From contig CM120647.1 of NCBI GenBank assembly GCA_051362555.1, positions 3,906,001 through 3,970,000 on the forward strand: a stretch of 64,000 bases of DNA, written 5' to 3'. The stretch comes from Lingula anatina. Lineage: Eukaryota; Animalia; Brachiopoda. The notes beneath the pieces are model-generated. The model worked only from the letters and a program-made list of their open reading frames with translations, was not told where the DNA came from and did no database searches. Position numbers and translations under genes: made by a program. Shown here piece after piece: positions 13,820-26,696 of the stretch; the first letter of the stretch is position 1, and every line of letters begins with the position of its first letter.

Positions 13820-14969
13820 CCAAGTTTTTGGGGAGCCCCAAGACAGTGTCCTTGGGCCACTTTTGTTTTGCATTTATACCTTGATGCCATCTTACGTCAT
13901 CAAAAACTTGGATACCACATGTACGCTGATGATACTCAGATCTATACCTGCCGTGACATACAAAATCCTAAACCGTCTATGGATAAAATTGCCAACTGTG
14001 TGGATGATATTCGCGCCTGGCTCATCAACAACAATCTGAAAATAAATGATGGAAAGACAGAGTTTTTTATTAATCACGCAGCCACATAACAAGCAACCTG
14101 CTCAAAATCTACTACTTGAATTACCAGTAGGCAACAGTGTTGTGAACCCATTACCACACGTGAAAAACCTGGGTGTCTACTTTGATTCCACTCTCTCCAT
14201 GGATAGACAAATATCAAATATCACTGAAACATGTATTTTAAACATTAGGAACATCGGTGCTATTAGAGACTATCTGGATCAATCTTCTGCGGCAACAGTT
14301 ATTCATGCTATGATCACCTCTCGTGTAGACTACTGTAACTCTTTACTCTATGGCTGTACCGACGAATGAATAAAAAACTGCAGCGAATTCAGAATATTTC
14401 AGCACGTCTTTTAACCCGCACAGCCAGGGAGGAACACATCACACCCATTTTAAAGCAGTTACACTGGCTCCCAGTCAGAGCACGCATTTATTCAAAATTT
14501 CAACTTTTATGCATGCACTTTTTTACCAATCAGCACCCCCGTACTTACAAAAACTAGTTCAACGCTATATGCCAAAACGTGCTTTAAGATCATTCGACCA
14601 GCTTTTATTCATGCCTTGTAATTCCAGATTAAGAGCGTACGGTGACGTTGCTCTTAAGGTCTATGGACTAATTGAATGGAACGATCTCCCTATTTATTTA
14701 AAAACAATAGAGTCTGAGGACAATATTAAAAAAGAATTAAAAACCTATATCTTCAATTTTTTTTATAAATGATTTGACTGGCTGTTATCTTTTACACTGT
14801 ACAGTTTATTGTTAATATCTTATCCATTTAATTACATTTTAGTTAACATCTTTAGTTCACATCTTATTATTTTAACTATCTTTTCATTTATTTTAGTCAT
14901 CTTGTACTGTCCATTTTACCCATGTAAAGTCTACTTAACATTCTATATGGATTTTAGACTATAAATAAA

Positions 14970-15016
<47 letters not shown>
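13820..15016 (+). mobile_element. L2-clade LINE, 5'-truncated and frameshifted, with (ATT)n tail
   Basis: YHMYADDTQIY, VKNLGVYFDSTLSM, SRVDYCNSLLYG, HITPILKQLHWLPV; tail at 14971-15016. Confidence 0.92.
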
Positions 15017-15017
<1 letters not shown>

Positions 15018-15480
15018 CCTCAACAACTTGCACGCATCTTTACACTTCACGATGGATTCATATAAAATACAACTCCCATTCTTGGACGTAATGGTGATAA
15101 GTGAACACTTCTAAATCTTTTACAAAATAACTGACACGAACCAATACCTTCCATCTTGGACATTGAACTCGTATCATCCCAGACACATCACACATAACAT
15201 CACCTCATTATCGTCTTAAATGGGACTACACAAAACAACATCAAAAAGAGTCAGAATGATTTCTCTTGGAAAGACTATACCCAAGAAAACGGATACAAAC
15301 TGGCATTTAAAAACCACACAAATCGAGAGGCAGGAACTGAGGACCATCAGTGATAAATAACCAAGGATTTTAATGCCATTTATATCAACTTGAATTCCAA
15401 GAAACCCAAAGGCATACAAAATCATTATTGGAAATTTACCTTCCATAAAATAATATAAAAGAATAAATTATATACTATCT
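15018..15480 (+). mobile_element. Penelope-like element RT C-terminal fragment (degenerate)
   Basis: LNNLHASLHFTMD, LPFLDVMV, YKITDTNQYL and SYHPRH motifs typical of the Penelope RT thumb region. Confidence 0.65.
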
Positions 15481-15754
15481 GAAATACATATCTTAAAGAG
15501 TAATCGATTAAGTCCATCATTTGAGCAAATCTTAACTTAAGCAAAATTCAAAAACAATTCAAGGACAAAAGTAGAAACTTCAACAATACTACTACTAGTA
15601 AAATTGCAGTGCCCCCAGATGTAGTACGTGTTCTGTATACCTACCTGATCCCGAAGCACACGCTCCGTTGGAACAGGGTCGACTTTCCAAAGATGAACCA
15701 GAACAGCTCAATCCGCCATTTTGTGGCGCTGGGTCGGAGCAAGTTCTCTGTTCC

Positions 15755-16069
15755 TTGGGGAGCTAGGACAAACACACTAATTAACGTGAGCGCCAGGCCA
15801 ATAGCTGCTAACAGCAGAGCAACGCCGACAGCAATTGCGATAAGTCTCCCTCTTCTCCGTTGCTTTATTGCTCCTCTAGCTGAAAGAGGTGTGGTGTTCT
15901 TCATACCTGTAGCTCGGCCGTTTTATATTGTCGTATATTGGTTAGGTTTGTTTGTCGGTTTGTTTGAGCTGCTCGTAGGTAGGATCATCGGAGGTTTCCG
16001 TTTGATGTGCAGCATAAGTAGGATTCAGGTAATACGCACCGGCTCGTTTGCTTTCTATATATTTGCCTC
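15755..16069 (-). pseudogene. Disrupted exon of a type II membrane receptor-like gene (Tyr motifs followed by a TM helix)
   Basis: Strong acceptor (cttttgtctacatttccattag). One frame reads YYLNPTY...PTYEQL...*PIYDNI...; after a frameshift it reads KQRRRGRLIAIAVGVALLLAAIGLALTLISVFVLAP. Confidence 0.5.
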
Positions 16070-16794
16070 CTAATGGAAATGTAGACAAAAGTTTATATAA
16101 AAAGATATATAAACGAATAAGTTAATAATAAATAATAATGATAATAACGAATAATAATAACAAAATAAAATAAATAGATAAATACAGTTGAAAAAGATCA
16201 AATAAATGAGTATATGACTACAAGAAGGGGTTCAAAATACGGTGCTGCAGATTACTGCATTCCTCAAGCATAGCCAATTGCTTAATAAACTGTCACCATG
16301 CATTCTGGCCATGACGACACTGCTACAGTAGTGGAAATGGCTCCGTATCGCATGCCTCCCTACCCCTAGTACCCTCAGGTAAGACTACAAAGCAGTCAAA
16401 GAGGTGCGCGGCATTTAAGTAATTTAAGCCAATGAGGGAGGACACACATGGGAATAAGGTCCATTGTGACAGGGCTTGTACTTGAAGTCTGCCAGAAACC
16501 GTTTTACGTTTCCCTTTACAAAGTACTTTGTACATGTGACATTCGCCCCATATACTTGCCGACAGCGATGTGTCCAGCCAACACGAACCTGTTCTAGTCA
16601 TATGGAAACCCGGCCCCGCATATTGCTACAGGGTAAGGCGCCATTCCTGTCAAACCACATGGCACATCTAACACATCAGCTCTTTAAACGTTCACCACGC
16701 ACTTCCTGCTCTACGTCCTGTTACCCACAGAGTGAAATATTCGTAAATAAGCAAGCAGCCAGCCATGTTAGACCGTGAATGGCCATGGGACATA

Positions 16795-17470
16795 CAACAT
16801 TGGTCAAAAAGGTAGTCCCACCTCCAGTATCATGTGTTTTTATTTATAAATGATCACCTCATAGGTGAAATTTGTTATAAATATTGAGCACAATTTTTGA
16901 ACGCCTCTGCGGGGGCTAATAAAACGCAATGAAAACAATTTATGACCCCTAACAATGGCTTACATATTTTAAAACTGTATGCAGGAATATTTCAGTTACA
17001 TAGATCACTGCTATTGCAATACTCGATGAGCCAACGATCAAATTTGCTGATAACAACATTCAGCTTCAGGCAGGATGAGACAAGGGTATTCTAGATCTTT
17101 ACCAGAGGCTAGATGAGGTGCTCCGAACTGGCCCTCGTCTCCAGTCACACCACAGCAGGGCACATCTAACACATTTCACTCTGTAGGTAACAGGACGGAG
17201 AGCAGGGAGTGACGGAATACGGCGCATGGTGAACGTTTAAAGAACAGCGGCCATTTTTAAAAATTTCGAACAGCCACCTAACACTTCACGTAATATTCTC
17301 ACAAAATACGTTGTGTTAAGTTCCCGTTCATGTCCCGTGAACTTTTGAATATGTCTCAAGTTAACTTGTCTCATGAAGTGACACACACGCTATTAGACAC
17401 GTGACCTATAACGAGCACACCCTAATGCTAAATGTGTGTAAATTTGGTGACATTTGGTGGTGTCACGGGA
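16795..17470. mobile_element. Tc1-family non-autonomous fragments (same TIR family as 49468-51140)
   Basis: TA|caacattggtcaaaaaggtagtcccacc matches the TIR at 49468; 17380-17465 matches 50790-50875. Confidence 0.7.
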
Positions 17471-17689
17471 CACCCTGACCCCCCCCCCTTTAAACCCTCC
17501 ACTGTAACTTATGAGCTCATATAATCCTTTCAGAAATATAGAAGTTGGATTGAGGAGGGGTATGTACGAATCTACCGGTATGTGAATCGGACTTCGCGTA
17601 TCAATCGTGGGTATCCAAGGTGTATCTTTACTCCTAGTTTCAACATTCGGAAGCGTCACACCGGCGCTGACTGTCGAGAAATTTTCGCG

Positions 17690-19280
17690 GAAAATCCCTG
17701 TGCTGGATCTTTCTCTAGACAGAAATCTACCTGCGCGCGCATGTGCAGATGTAAATTATCAAAGACGAGTATATTTTTCCTCGTCAAAGTTGCACAAGAA
17801 CATCAACATCAGTACGCATAGGTGAGCAATTTATATTGCGCTACTAAGTAAACAACAGCTATAAAAGGGCTTTGTCATAATTTGAAATGAATCAACGTGA
17901 GATTGAATGACTTGGACCAGGTCAACGACAAAAACTAAGGCCTAGGAATGAGTCAGTTGTCAAGAGTTGATCGTAACTATAAGCTAGCGTGCTCTCTTTG
18001 CAACCCCACAAATGAAATTTGTGCAAAATTGTTGGTAAATAATAACTTTTGCTGACTCGTCGCATCATAATTGTTAGGATGATGAGTCTTATTGATATTT
18101 GATATATAATTTTTATCCCTAAGGTCATAACATTTAATACAGGCAACAATTTGCTACATTGTTATTATTGTTAAAACGATTAGGATAGAGGGGTTATATA
18201 ATAAAAGAGGCCTTGTTTGGCCAAATCACGAACAATCAATATTCCTTGTTGCCTTCTTTCTTGCTATGAATGAGACTATAAAAGTTTGTGGTACACTGAG
18301 ATGGAGGAGACATAAAATGTTTATAACCTTCATTTCAAAAGTACAGAAAGGCCTGCACAGAAAGTGCATATACCTACTGATATATTATAGCGCTAAAACT
18401 TCACAGATAAATTTAAAATTATTATGAAAGTACATAAAATGGAAATCTAAAATATACATGTTAACCAATATGTTCTTTAAATTAAAAATTAAATCATTTT
18501 TTAAACAGTGATAAGAGTCATTAAAGGACAAATTTTATTTGTTAATAAAATTGGACCATCAAATAAATTGCAGCAGTCACAGAACTCCTGTGGCCATATT
18601 TTAAGGCCATTTTGTTAATTTTTTGTTACTTTTATATATTAGAGCTTACATCGTCTGTTTATTACATCCGTCTTGGAGGTCATGTTTCACATCTGTTTGT
18701 TTGCTTGTTTGGTTGTTTGTTCTCAGTCTAAATCAAAAAGAAATTTGATTAATTTTTTCGGTATACAGTATGTCGAAATTGGGCTACCTTAAAATATTAA
18801 GATTTTGGGGATGACCCATTAGTTAATTAAGTAAGTACTTAAGTAATGGTTAATTATTAGTTAATTATTTGTCTTGGCGGAGGTCTATGCCCTTTCAGTG
18901 CTTTTATTATTAATATTATTGTATTTTTTGTTGCTACCTCACTATAAAGTATTGTAGTTAACCTAAAGGGAATCAGGTACACACCTTTTTTAACAAAAGG
19001 CCACTGCTAGTTGAAATCTTCCGGAACGATTTAACTAAGAAAGAAACTTAACAGATTTGTTATATCCCCGTGGGTTGTACGTGCGTTGTACATGGGATGC
19101 TGCCCTATGTGTCAGGGTACTATAAAGCTAGCTTGCCCAGTAAAATAAAAGTGTTACGTTTTTAAACAGACTTAATTCCTATTTATACTACCGCTAGGTC
19201 ACGTTGCAGTTACACGAGTGCTTTTATATGTAATACGCATACGATGTTTGTATAAGACCCCATTCCCCTACCTAAATCAA
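17690..19280 (+). repeat. Diverged third copy of the non-coding block found upstream of the protease genes at 45.6 and 59.5 kb
   Basis: Colinear similarity to 41240-42240 and 43780-43885, e.g. ctaaaacttcacaga, gcagcagtcacagaactcctgtg, ggaatcaggtacac, aggtcacgttgcagttacacg. Confidence 0.85.
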
Positions 19281-19281
19281 T

Positions 19282-19405
19282 CTAGCGGGAACGTGCGTGG
19301 TGCTTGTTCCTTCCGCACGATTTCCTTAAAGTCTGCAACAGTAATGGGCTTGGATTTACCTGGAATACTTTTGTCAGATTGATTCTTTGGGGGATGAGGA
19401 CCCAT
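19282..19405 (-). pseudogene. 5' stub (copy 2) of the caspase-like protease exon
   Basis: MGPHPPKNQSDKSIPGKSKPITVADFKEIV... plus about 170 bp of upstream DNA nearly identical to 27470-27725; broken at a MITE end near 19285. Confidence 0.85.
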
Positions 19406-20352
19406 CGTTTTTGAACGTCTCTTTCTTTATTTACCGTTATTAGCAATATATCGTTTGATGTCCACAAACCAGTGCCGTCAGGGGAACCGTATAAATAAAC
19501 AAGAGGGTTTATTTGCTTATGCACTGCATTCTAGGTCAAATCTTTGCCGCTTGAATAGGCCAACTTTTGAAAACTTTATTAATCTCAATATTATGTAGTA
19601 CGTAGCTACATTGTACATGTACCAGTATCTCCAGTGCAGAGTATATAATCATTTGACAAATTAATCGTTTTCTAGATGTATGTTAAGTTTTATAAAAAGC
19701 TGTGGATGGAAAAAATGAAGAATTTTCAAACCCATGGAGACATCTGTCGCCCCAAATGTCGTGTCTGTTCAGTTGTATTGGGTCCTCAAGTCGCAGGTTT
19801 ACCGACCAAAGCTCCTTTATGTCTCTTCTATCCCAGATTCCCAGTGTACTAAAAACTTTCCCTGTATTCACAACACGAAAGAAGGCAATAAAGAATATTC
19901 TTTGTTTGAGATTTGTCCAAAACAAGGCCGTTTTATTATTTAACCCCACTATCCTAATCATATTAACAATTTTTACAATATTACAAATTGTTGCCTGTAT
20001 TAAATGTTATTGTCTTAGGGATATATATACAGACTTGACATTTAATATGGAATATTTTTTTCCAAATCACTTTTCATCAAATTTTTCCTATTTAGCTGAC
20101 TGATAAATGAAAATAGGGATTAAATAGTGTTTTAATAACTTTAAATGATCTCATTGATGTCATTGTGACATCAGTTCATTAATTGAATTCGCCAGTGAAG
20201 CAAACAAAAATACATTGCCTATTTTATGTCATACAACAACCATTTAAATCAGTATTTTGCATCTCCATATTTTACAAATTACCGTCTGTAAAAGAGTTAC
20301 ACGCCCCACAAAGGACCCTCATGTCAGTGTCTAGTCACAGCAACGGTCGCCG

Positions 20353-20700
20353 TTACGCTTGACTTCGTCTAGCTGCTTCCAGGTCTCTCAAGCGGCAAGG
20401 CATTTCTTGGGATAAGTTTTTAGAGTTCAATCTGGAATAACATTCCAGGCGTTGGTCAAAACTTGTCCAATTTGATTCAGTTATGTCGCACGACATGTAG
20501 GTTGTTGTTTCCGCAAAAAATATGGAAAATGCTAACATCGTTTTTTCTGAACTTCTAAAATCTGGGGTTCACCATGACGCAAGAACGTTCCGAATGGTTC
20601 GGTATGAGAAAGGGTTGCTGTTCCAAAAAATAAAAATTGGGATAGCTGCGGTTCAGCTATTGTACTTGTTGCCTCAGTCATTTGTCCCATTTTTGATAAA
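20353..20700 (-). mobile_element. Highly degraded Tc1 transposase C-terminal fragment
   Basis: Minus strand reads LTNAWNVIP..NLSQEMPCRLRDLEAARRS, resembling L..AW..IP...L..SMPRRL..V..ARGG. Confidence 0.55.
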
Positions 20701-21514
20701 ATTCGATTCTTGACAGACCCTTAATTACAAAGAGTTATTAGGTAGATGCACAGCATACAAAAAGGAAACACACGCATGTTTTCTTCAATACGCATTACTT
20801 TGTGGCCTTCCCCGCTTGATATGATAGTCCAATATATTTCAATTAAGATAACTTTACTTGCCTAGGTCAAACTTACCTATAGCGGGCCTTTTCCCGGCAA
20901 AAGGTCCGTGCGTTCTAAGCCCCCCCCCCCCCATCACCACCAATACCAACTGATATTGCAGTGGAAATGCAAGCACATGCATTTACGCCAGGTACTCCTC
21001 TGTCATTAATGAAAATCCTCTATCCGTTTAATTGCTTTATCTGGTAATTTTGATTTCATCAGTTGTAACAACCCCTTGCCGAGGGTCTGTCCTGCACAAT
21101 GCCAGTACACGCATAACCTGTTTACAAAATTTCGAAATGTTTTACCAAACAAATTTAATCATAACATTAAATTTTCTATGGAAATAATTTCTAGGGCATT
21201 TTAAAAATGATCTCTTTTCAAAACATTACCCTTATAACATTAGAATAACGCCATGAAAACATTTAACAGCTGTCGTTATGGCCACGTAATGTATTAAACG
21301 TCTCGCTATATTGTGACGCACTATCAAGTATCAAGAAAAAAATTGTTTTAGCTTATCCTTTTTGTTACTGTTGCAACGTTGGTTTTGGGTCTTAGCATAA
21401 CATTGAATATGCCATTCTTAGTAGGAAAAAAACGTTTCTGAGTGATTTGATTAGTATAATAGTGCTTTACATAAAGCAATACATTATTTCACCTTCACCT
21501 TAACTAACCCTTAA

Positions 21515-22095
21515 AGGCCCAAGACATGTTTTTCTTGCATGAAAATGTTAATACCTAGGTAATATAGTTGTAATAAGCACATTTATCAATAAATGTTGAA
21601 AAAAAATATTTTGGGCAACATTGACCTAGTTTTTGGCTATGTTCCACCGGTGACCCACTGGGCTTTAGAGGTAAACAAATGACCAAGTTTCAAAAAATCA
21701 AAAACCTCTTTTTATTACAATAACAACATTAAAAAATATATTCAAACATGGAAGTGTAGCTAACAACTTTATAAAACACTTCTGTGTGGTTTAAGACTAT
21801 TGTATTTAGAATGAAAAGCCAGAATATTGAATTTATTATTTACCTTGATATGACAATACAGACACATACAAACCCACTAGAAAATAGCATTAGCGCCTTC
21901 TTATGGAGGAAGACATATTTGAGTGAAGTGAAGGATAATGACCCAGTTTCTAATTGGTCAACAAGGATAAACTAGGACATAGGGGAATAGGAAATGGCAA
22001 AATGAAGTGGATTCATTTTGTGTGGTGTGGGTGTGGGTCTGTAACTTGTGGGTGTGGGTCTGTAACTTGTGGGTCACGGGTGACCCACTGGGCCT
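21515..22095. mobile_element. Kolobok-like MITE (TTAA TSD)
   Basis: TTAA|aggccca ... tgggcct|TTAA; ggtgacccactgggc is repeated internally. Confidence 0.6.
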
Positions 22096-22353
22096 TTAAG
22101 GGACATTCTAAGCTAATCGGTCGTGATTTCATTGTTGTTGTTTTGCTAAAAAGACGGGGAACATAAACTAATACATCCAACCAGTCATAAGACGATGCTC
22201 ATGAGAATGGTAATCAAGTCTATACGCTAGATGTCATGGTTATTGTTCTGACGTTATTCTATAAACTGTATATACACGGTACATTGCCTTTAAAAGTTCT
22301 TATTATAACATTAATGTTTATAATACCATACTTTTTCGCATCATGAAAACGTT

Positions 22354-22411
<58 letters not shown>

Positions 22412-22612
22412 TATTGAGCACATAAATATTTTACATTTAAAGGTTCTCTAACTACGATTTTTATGTAGGCCTATGTAGGCTAATAACCATGATAGTAAAT
22501 AAATGGGAAATAAATAAAGCATTATTCAATTTACATTAAAAAGGATATAAGTTAATTGAATAATCCCTTGTGTGGGATCATTTTATGATGTTCAATAAAC
22601 ATATAAACATAT

Positions 22613-22750
22613 CTATGGTGGTATGGCAACGTTATTTCTTCTCGTTATACATAAACATCTATACAATATTTTCAAAAAACAATCGCATCGACTGGAACCA
22701 GATCTAGAGCTGGGTCTCGAAGTATTTGACGAATTTGTCCGCTCTTGAAT
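22613..22750 (-). CDS. Candidate terminal coding exon encoding a Ser-rich, Cys-rich tail (possible exon 2 of the 27-kb protease gene)
   Basis: Acceptor tttatccttttattgcag; phase-0 frame IQERTNSSNTSRPSSRSGSSRCDCFLKILYRCLCITRRNNVAIPP*. Confidence 0.4.
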   Translation of the reverse strand: MQERTNSSNTSRPSSRSGSSRCDCFLKILYRCLCITRRNNVAIPP

Positions 22751-23459
22751 CTGCAATAAAAGGATAAACAGAATATAAAGACCATATAAATTACCTGAGA
22801 AGTGTTGATAGTGAGTATAGGGACAAAGCGTAATATTTGAAGCTAATTTTTTTTTTTGCTTAAAAGGTCATAAAACACTTCTTATCTAAGGACAAGTCAT
22901 ACTTGTTTATTTTTTTTTACATAAAACTGCTATAAATTGCAAATAATCTAATATTCATCACCTCCTGACCAACCTCATTACTTGTCAATTATGTTGACAC
23001 AATTTGAAATGCGCGCAACCCAGATGTCACGTTTCGATATATTAGTAGAACTTAAAAAAAAAAAAAAAAAAAAAAAAAACAAATGACTTTTGATTTTCCA
23101 AGATCGTTTACCACGTGGAAATTCGTTAGGTATGGGTATTTCACTGGACAGTGTTGCGCTAGACACTCTTGTCGGTCGTCAAATACAAGCAAGTGGTTAT
23201 GGGATTCTCCAAACGTGTAGAAGTACGACGGAAGCGATATGCCATACCCCAAAATCAATGCCCTCAGTATAAAAGGACATCAACGCCATGCAAGTCAAAC
23301 AACCACCCTGTCCAACCACATTCGCCTTGATTGTTATCTATGAAAGCCACATATTGATTTTATCTACATATTTAAATAAATGTCTACATTTTGCGGGTCA
23401 ACAGATTCATGAAAAAGGGAAATGTGCATGTGATTTTATATCCGTGTAAAGTTGTAAAC

Positions 23460-24665
23460 ACAGCTGGGCAGTAACATTGGTGAAAAAGATTGTTCCACCT
23501 CGTCTGGTCAGTAATTTGTTGCAGAAACCCAATGTTCTAAGGCTGGGGAAACCATCTTTGAGTCCTGGCCCCCGTTTCACAAAGAATCTTAAATCCGTAG
23601 ACGTCTTACTCGAGCTGGGTGGCCTAGCTAGGTCGACTTAGCTGAAGTCGACTTGGAGTGTTTCACAAAGAATCTAACGTCTTAGCTTGGCGTGCTTACC
23701 GTAGTCGACGCGCACGAGAAACTCTTCAAGAAAAGGAGGTGTAAAATTGCAAAAGTTTCACAAGACATGACGTTTCATGGCCTCTTTTGGCCGAGAACGA
23801 TCGTTTATCAACAATAAAAGTCAGCCAAAACACAAACAAAGTTTGTTTTTGAACTTAATTGATAAGTTTAACTTCAATACAACTTCAAAGTAACAGTTAA
23901 ACATTAGCTTGTCGTGGAACACTACTGAGGGACGTCTAGCGGTCAAAAACCTTAAACAAACACGCGATCGGCTGGGTAAAGTGGAATTTTATTTTTTTAT
24001 TTTAATATTCCATAAATGTCAGTGCTATTCAAGGATATTATAACACAATATCTTGAAGGAGGTATGTTCTTTCCAAATTTTTGTTGTTTATGCTCTCATT
24101 TACCGAGTTTTAGTTGAGCTTGCCGACTTAAGTCTCCTCCCGAGGAGGCTTGACATCGTCGACTTACAGCTAAGAAAAAAACGACGTAAGCGACCTTTTA
24201 GATTCTTTGTGAAACGGGACTTAGTGACGTAACGACTTAATTACGTTGGTAACCAAGCCCTAAGTCAGGGAAACCGACTTAAGTTTTTTTGTGAAACGGG
24301 GGCCTGATAATAAACCCACTGAGCACCCGTGGCATTAATTGAAGTGTGCATTCCAGAGGAGAACCAAACTCCAGAAAGTCTGGACCAATTCCGCCGAGCT
24401 TTTAAGGAAAGATGAGACAATTTCCAGCAAAACAGAATTGTTACCCTTGTTGAAGGCAAGGAGATAATTACAGAACTCGGGAAACACACGGTAATAGACA
24501 CGTGGACTTTAACAAGCACACCCTAATGCTAAATGTGAGTAAATTTGGTTCAATTTAATAGGCATTTCTTTACATCTGTGGAAATGACAGTGGAACATTG
24601 GATTTAAGTGGGTACGTGTAATAAATGTGAAACTTGGGGTGGGACAACCTTTTTGACCAATGTTG
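23460..24665 (+). mobile_element. Tc1 relic (3' transposase part plus right TIR) interrupted by a MITE
   Basis: Colinear with 50520-51140; ends in tttgaccaatgttg|TA. Confidence 0.8.
23568..24303. mobile_element. Harbinger-type MITE with CTG TSD
   Basis: CTG|gcccccgtttcacaaa ... tttgtgaaacgggggc|CTG; removing it restores the Tc1 SPD.NP.EH motif. Confidence 0.85.
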
Positions 24666-25099
24666 TATGGAGTGCGTAAGAAGCCATCTGCAAACAAGCT
24701 AACTTGTGACTTACCATGCTTCGACAGAGTATTTATTAATTATTTATTTATTTTCTAAAAACACCTTCAAAAGATGAGTAAAAGAATACATATATATATA
24801 TATATATAATAATACAATATATAAGAACAGTAATTTTAACGATTTTTAGAGCAGTCCCGGCAACATATATTCTTTTGAGAGTCTGTTCTGATAACAGAGG
24901 CTGTTTACTAAGAATCAACCAACCCTGCCGGTGCATGCAGGTCCGGATTCCCGACCCACTCAAACATAAGTTCGGGTTCATTCCACAAGAAACAATCCTC
25001 TGGAGCAACGAACCCTTCACCATGGAACGCTTAAGCAGAAATTTATATTATTACGAGACATAGGCCCCTACAGATAGAGTTAGTTCCGTAGGTTATAAC

Positions 25100-25740
25100 G
25101 GGGGACACCAGTGCACCCCATATATACGATTTGGGTTTTGTGTCCAGACCCTTATATCACACCCCAAGTGACATTGCTCCATAATATGCCTTGGTTGCAG
25201 AGCCAATTCTAGCCGTGTGGTCATCCGCGGTGCAGTTGCTATTGAACGTCACACCCAGAATATTTAAAGAGTCCGTCGTTTCCGAAGGATATCGACCTAA
25301 GAACCAGGAAGGGGGTGTTTTTAATAAGACTTTTCCTACCGTCATACATTTTGATTTTTGAGACTAAATCCCATTCTTCTGCGCAGGGAGAAGTCATGAC
25401 AGACATTAATCAGCTCTTGAAGTCCAGTCACAGTTGTAGAAAAAAAATGTTAAGTCATCAGCATAGGTAATATTATTATATAAGTTATTTCCGATTAGAA
25501 CACCAGCGTTTGTAGAGGAAAATTCCTTAAACAGCTCGTCAATAAAGATGTTAAAAATGATCGGGGATAAAATGCTACCCTGCCTTGTTCTCTGGGTAAT
25601 TTAAAAATTAGCACTATATGAGCCTCCCCATCTTACTGAAGCACTTAAACACTTATACAATTTATAAAGATATAACCAATGTGAGTCTGGGAAAACATCA
25701 AACAGTTTATAGAATAGCCCATTGTGCCAAACACAAGCAA
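25100..25740 (-). mobile_element. Degenerate non-LTR retrotransposon RT fragment
   Basis: Minus strand reads TRQGSILSPIIFNIFIDEL, ITYADDL, GLQELINVC and LNILGVTF. Confidence 0.8.
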
Positions 25741-26696
25741 AAAGATTGCATAACACGTCGCTTTTAGCAAAGACAATATGTTCGGCAATTGCGCCATCGA
25801 TGCCTGGAGAACAATCAATTATATGATAGAGGACAATTAATTGGCCAAGGACAGTGCCCTGTGGTATAACGCCAGAAAAAAAACCTTTGCAGGTTGGGGT
25901 TTACACCTATCGACTACCATTGTCATGTTTCTGTTCATAACGTGTCGTGCGTATTGTTATGCCATAGCCTTGGGGTTTCCATAATAATTTCTCATGAGGA
26001 GGGAGGCTTTACTAAAAGCTAGTATAATTATATATACCTGGCTGTTTTTATCGTATATAATAGAGATGTCTTGGGTAGGTATACTCAGTTTTTTCACAAG
26101 AATCAGCTCTAAAACCATGGATTAGTTTAGTCATCATACTGTTGCTCTCAAATAAGAGAGGATCTGTGCCTGCAGAGTTAGCGAACGAGAAACCATGCAT
26201 CTCACCCTCCATCATTTTTAGAGGTCACAAGATGTGGGCAAGCGCACTGCATGACATGCTGTAGCATGAGGTCTGATAAGCCAATAAAAGTCGTAACTCA
26301 TAAACTCACGTGTGGTTTGTTAGTCTGTTAATGATAATTTGATTTCTTGTAATTCACTCGTGTGCCCTAGGCCGCACTGGTGGTGGTTTCGTTGCTCTCG
26401 TCAGTATTGCTTTAGATTTCATTTTAAATGGTTTTTATAAACGTATAAAAAGTAAAAACAATGGTTACTTTTTAGAGTGGAAAAATGGCAATTGTTTTTA
26501 TCTATGTAGTTAAGGAGTGTTATGATTGCGCAATGAAATATTTGTTTATTAGGGTGGAACGAGTGGTATTTGTTAGAGATCTGATATCATACAAATAATG
26601 GAATCAAAGCAAAGAAAAATGTAGGTGTTACGTCATTCAACATTGTTGTTAATGAGTCAGAGGATCACAACAGGACTGCCCCGTTAACCGCCTATA

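Noticed and set aside
15609-16073. 154-aa plus-strand ORF
   Set aside because: It is antisense to the better-supported minus-strand receptor-like exon and has no motif.
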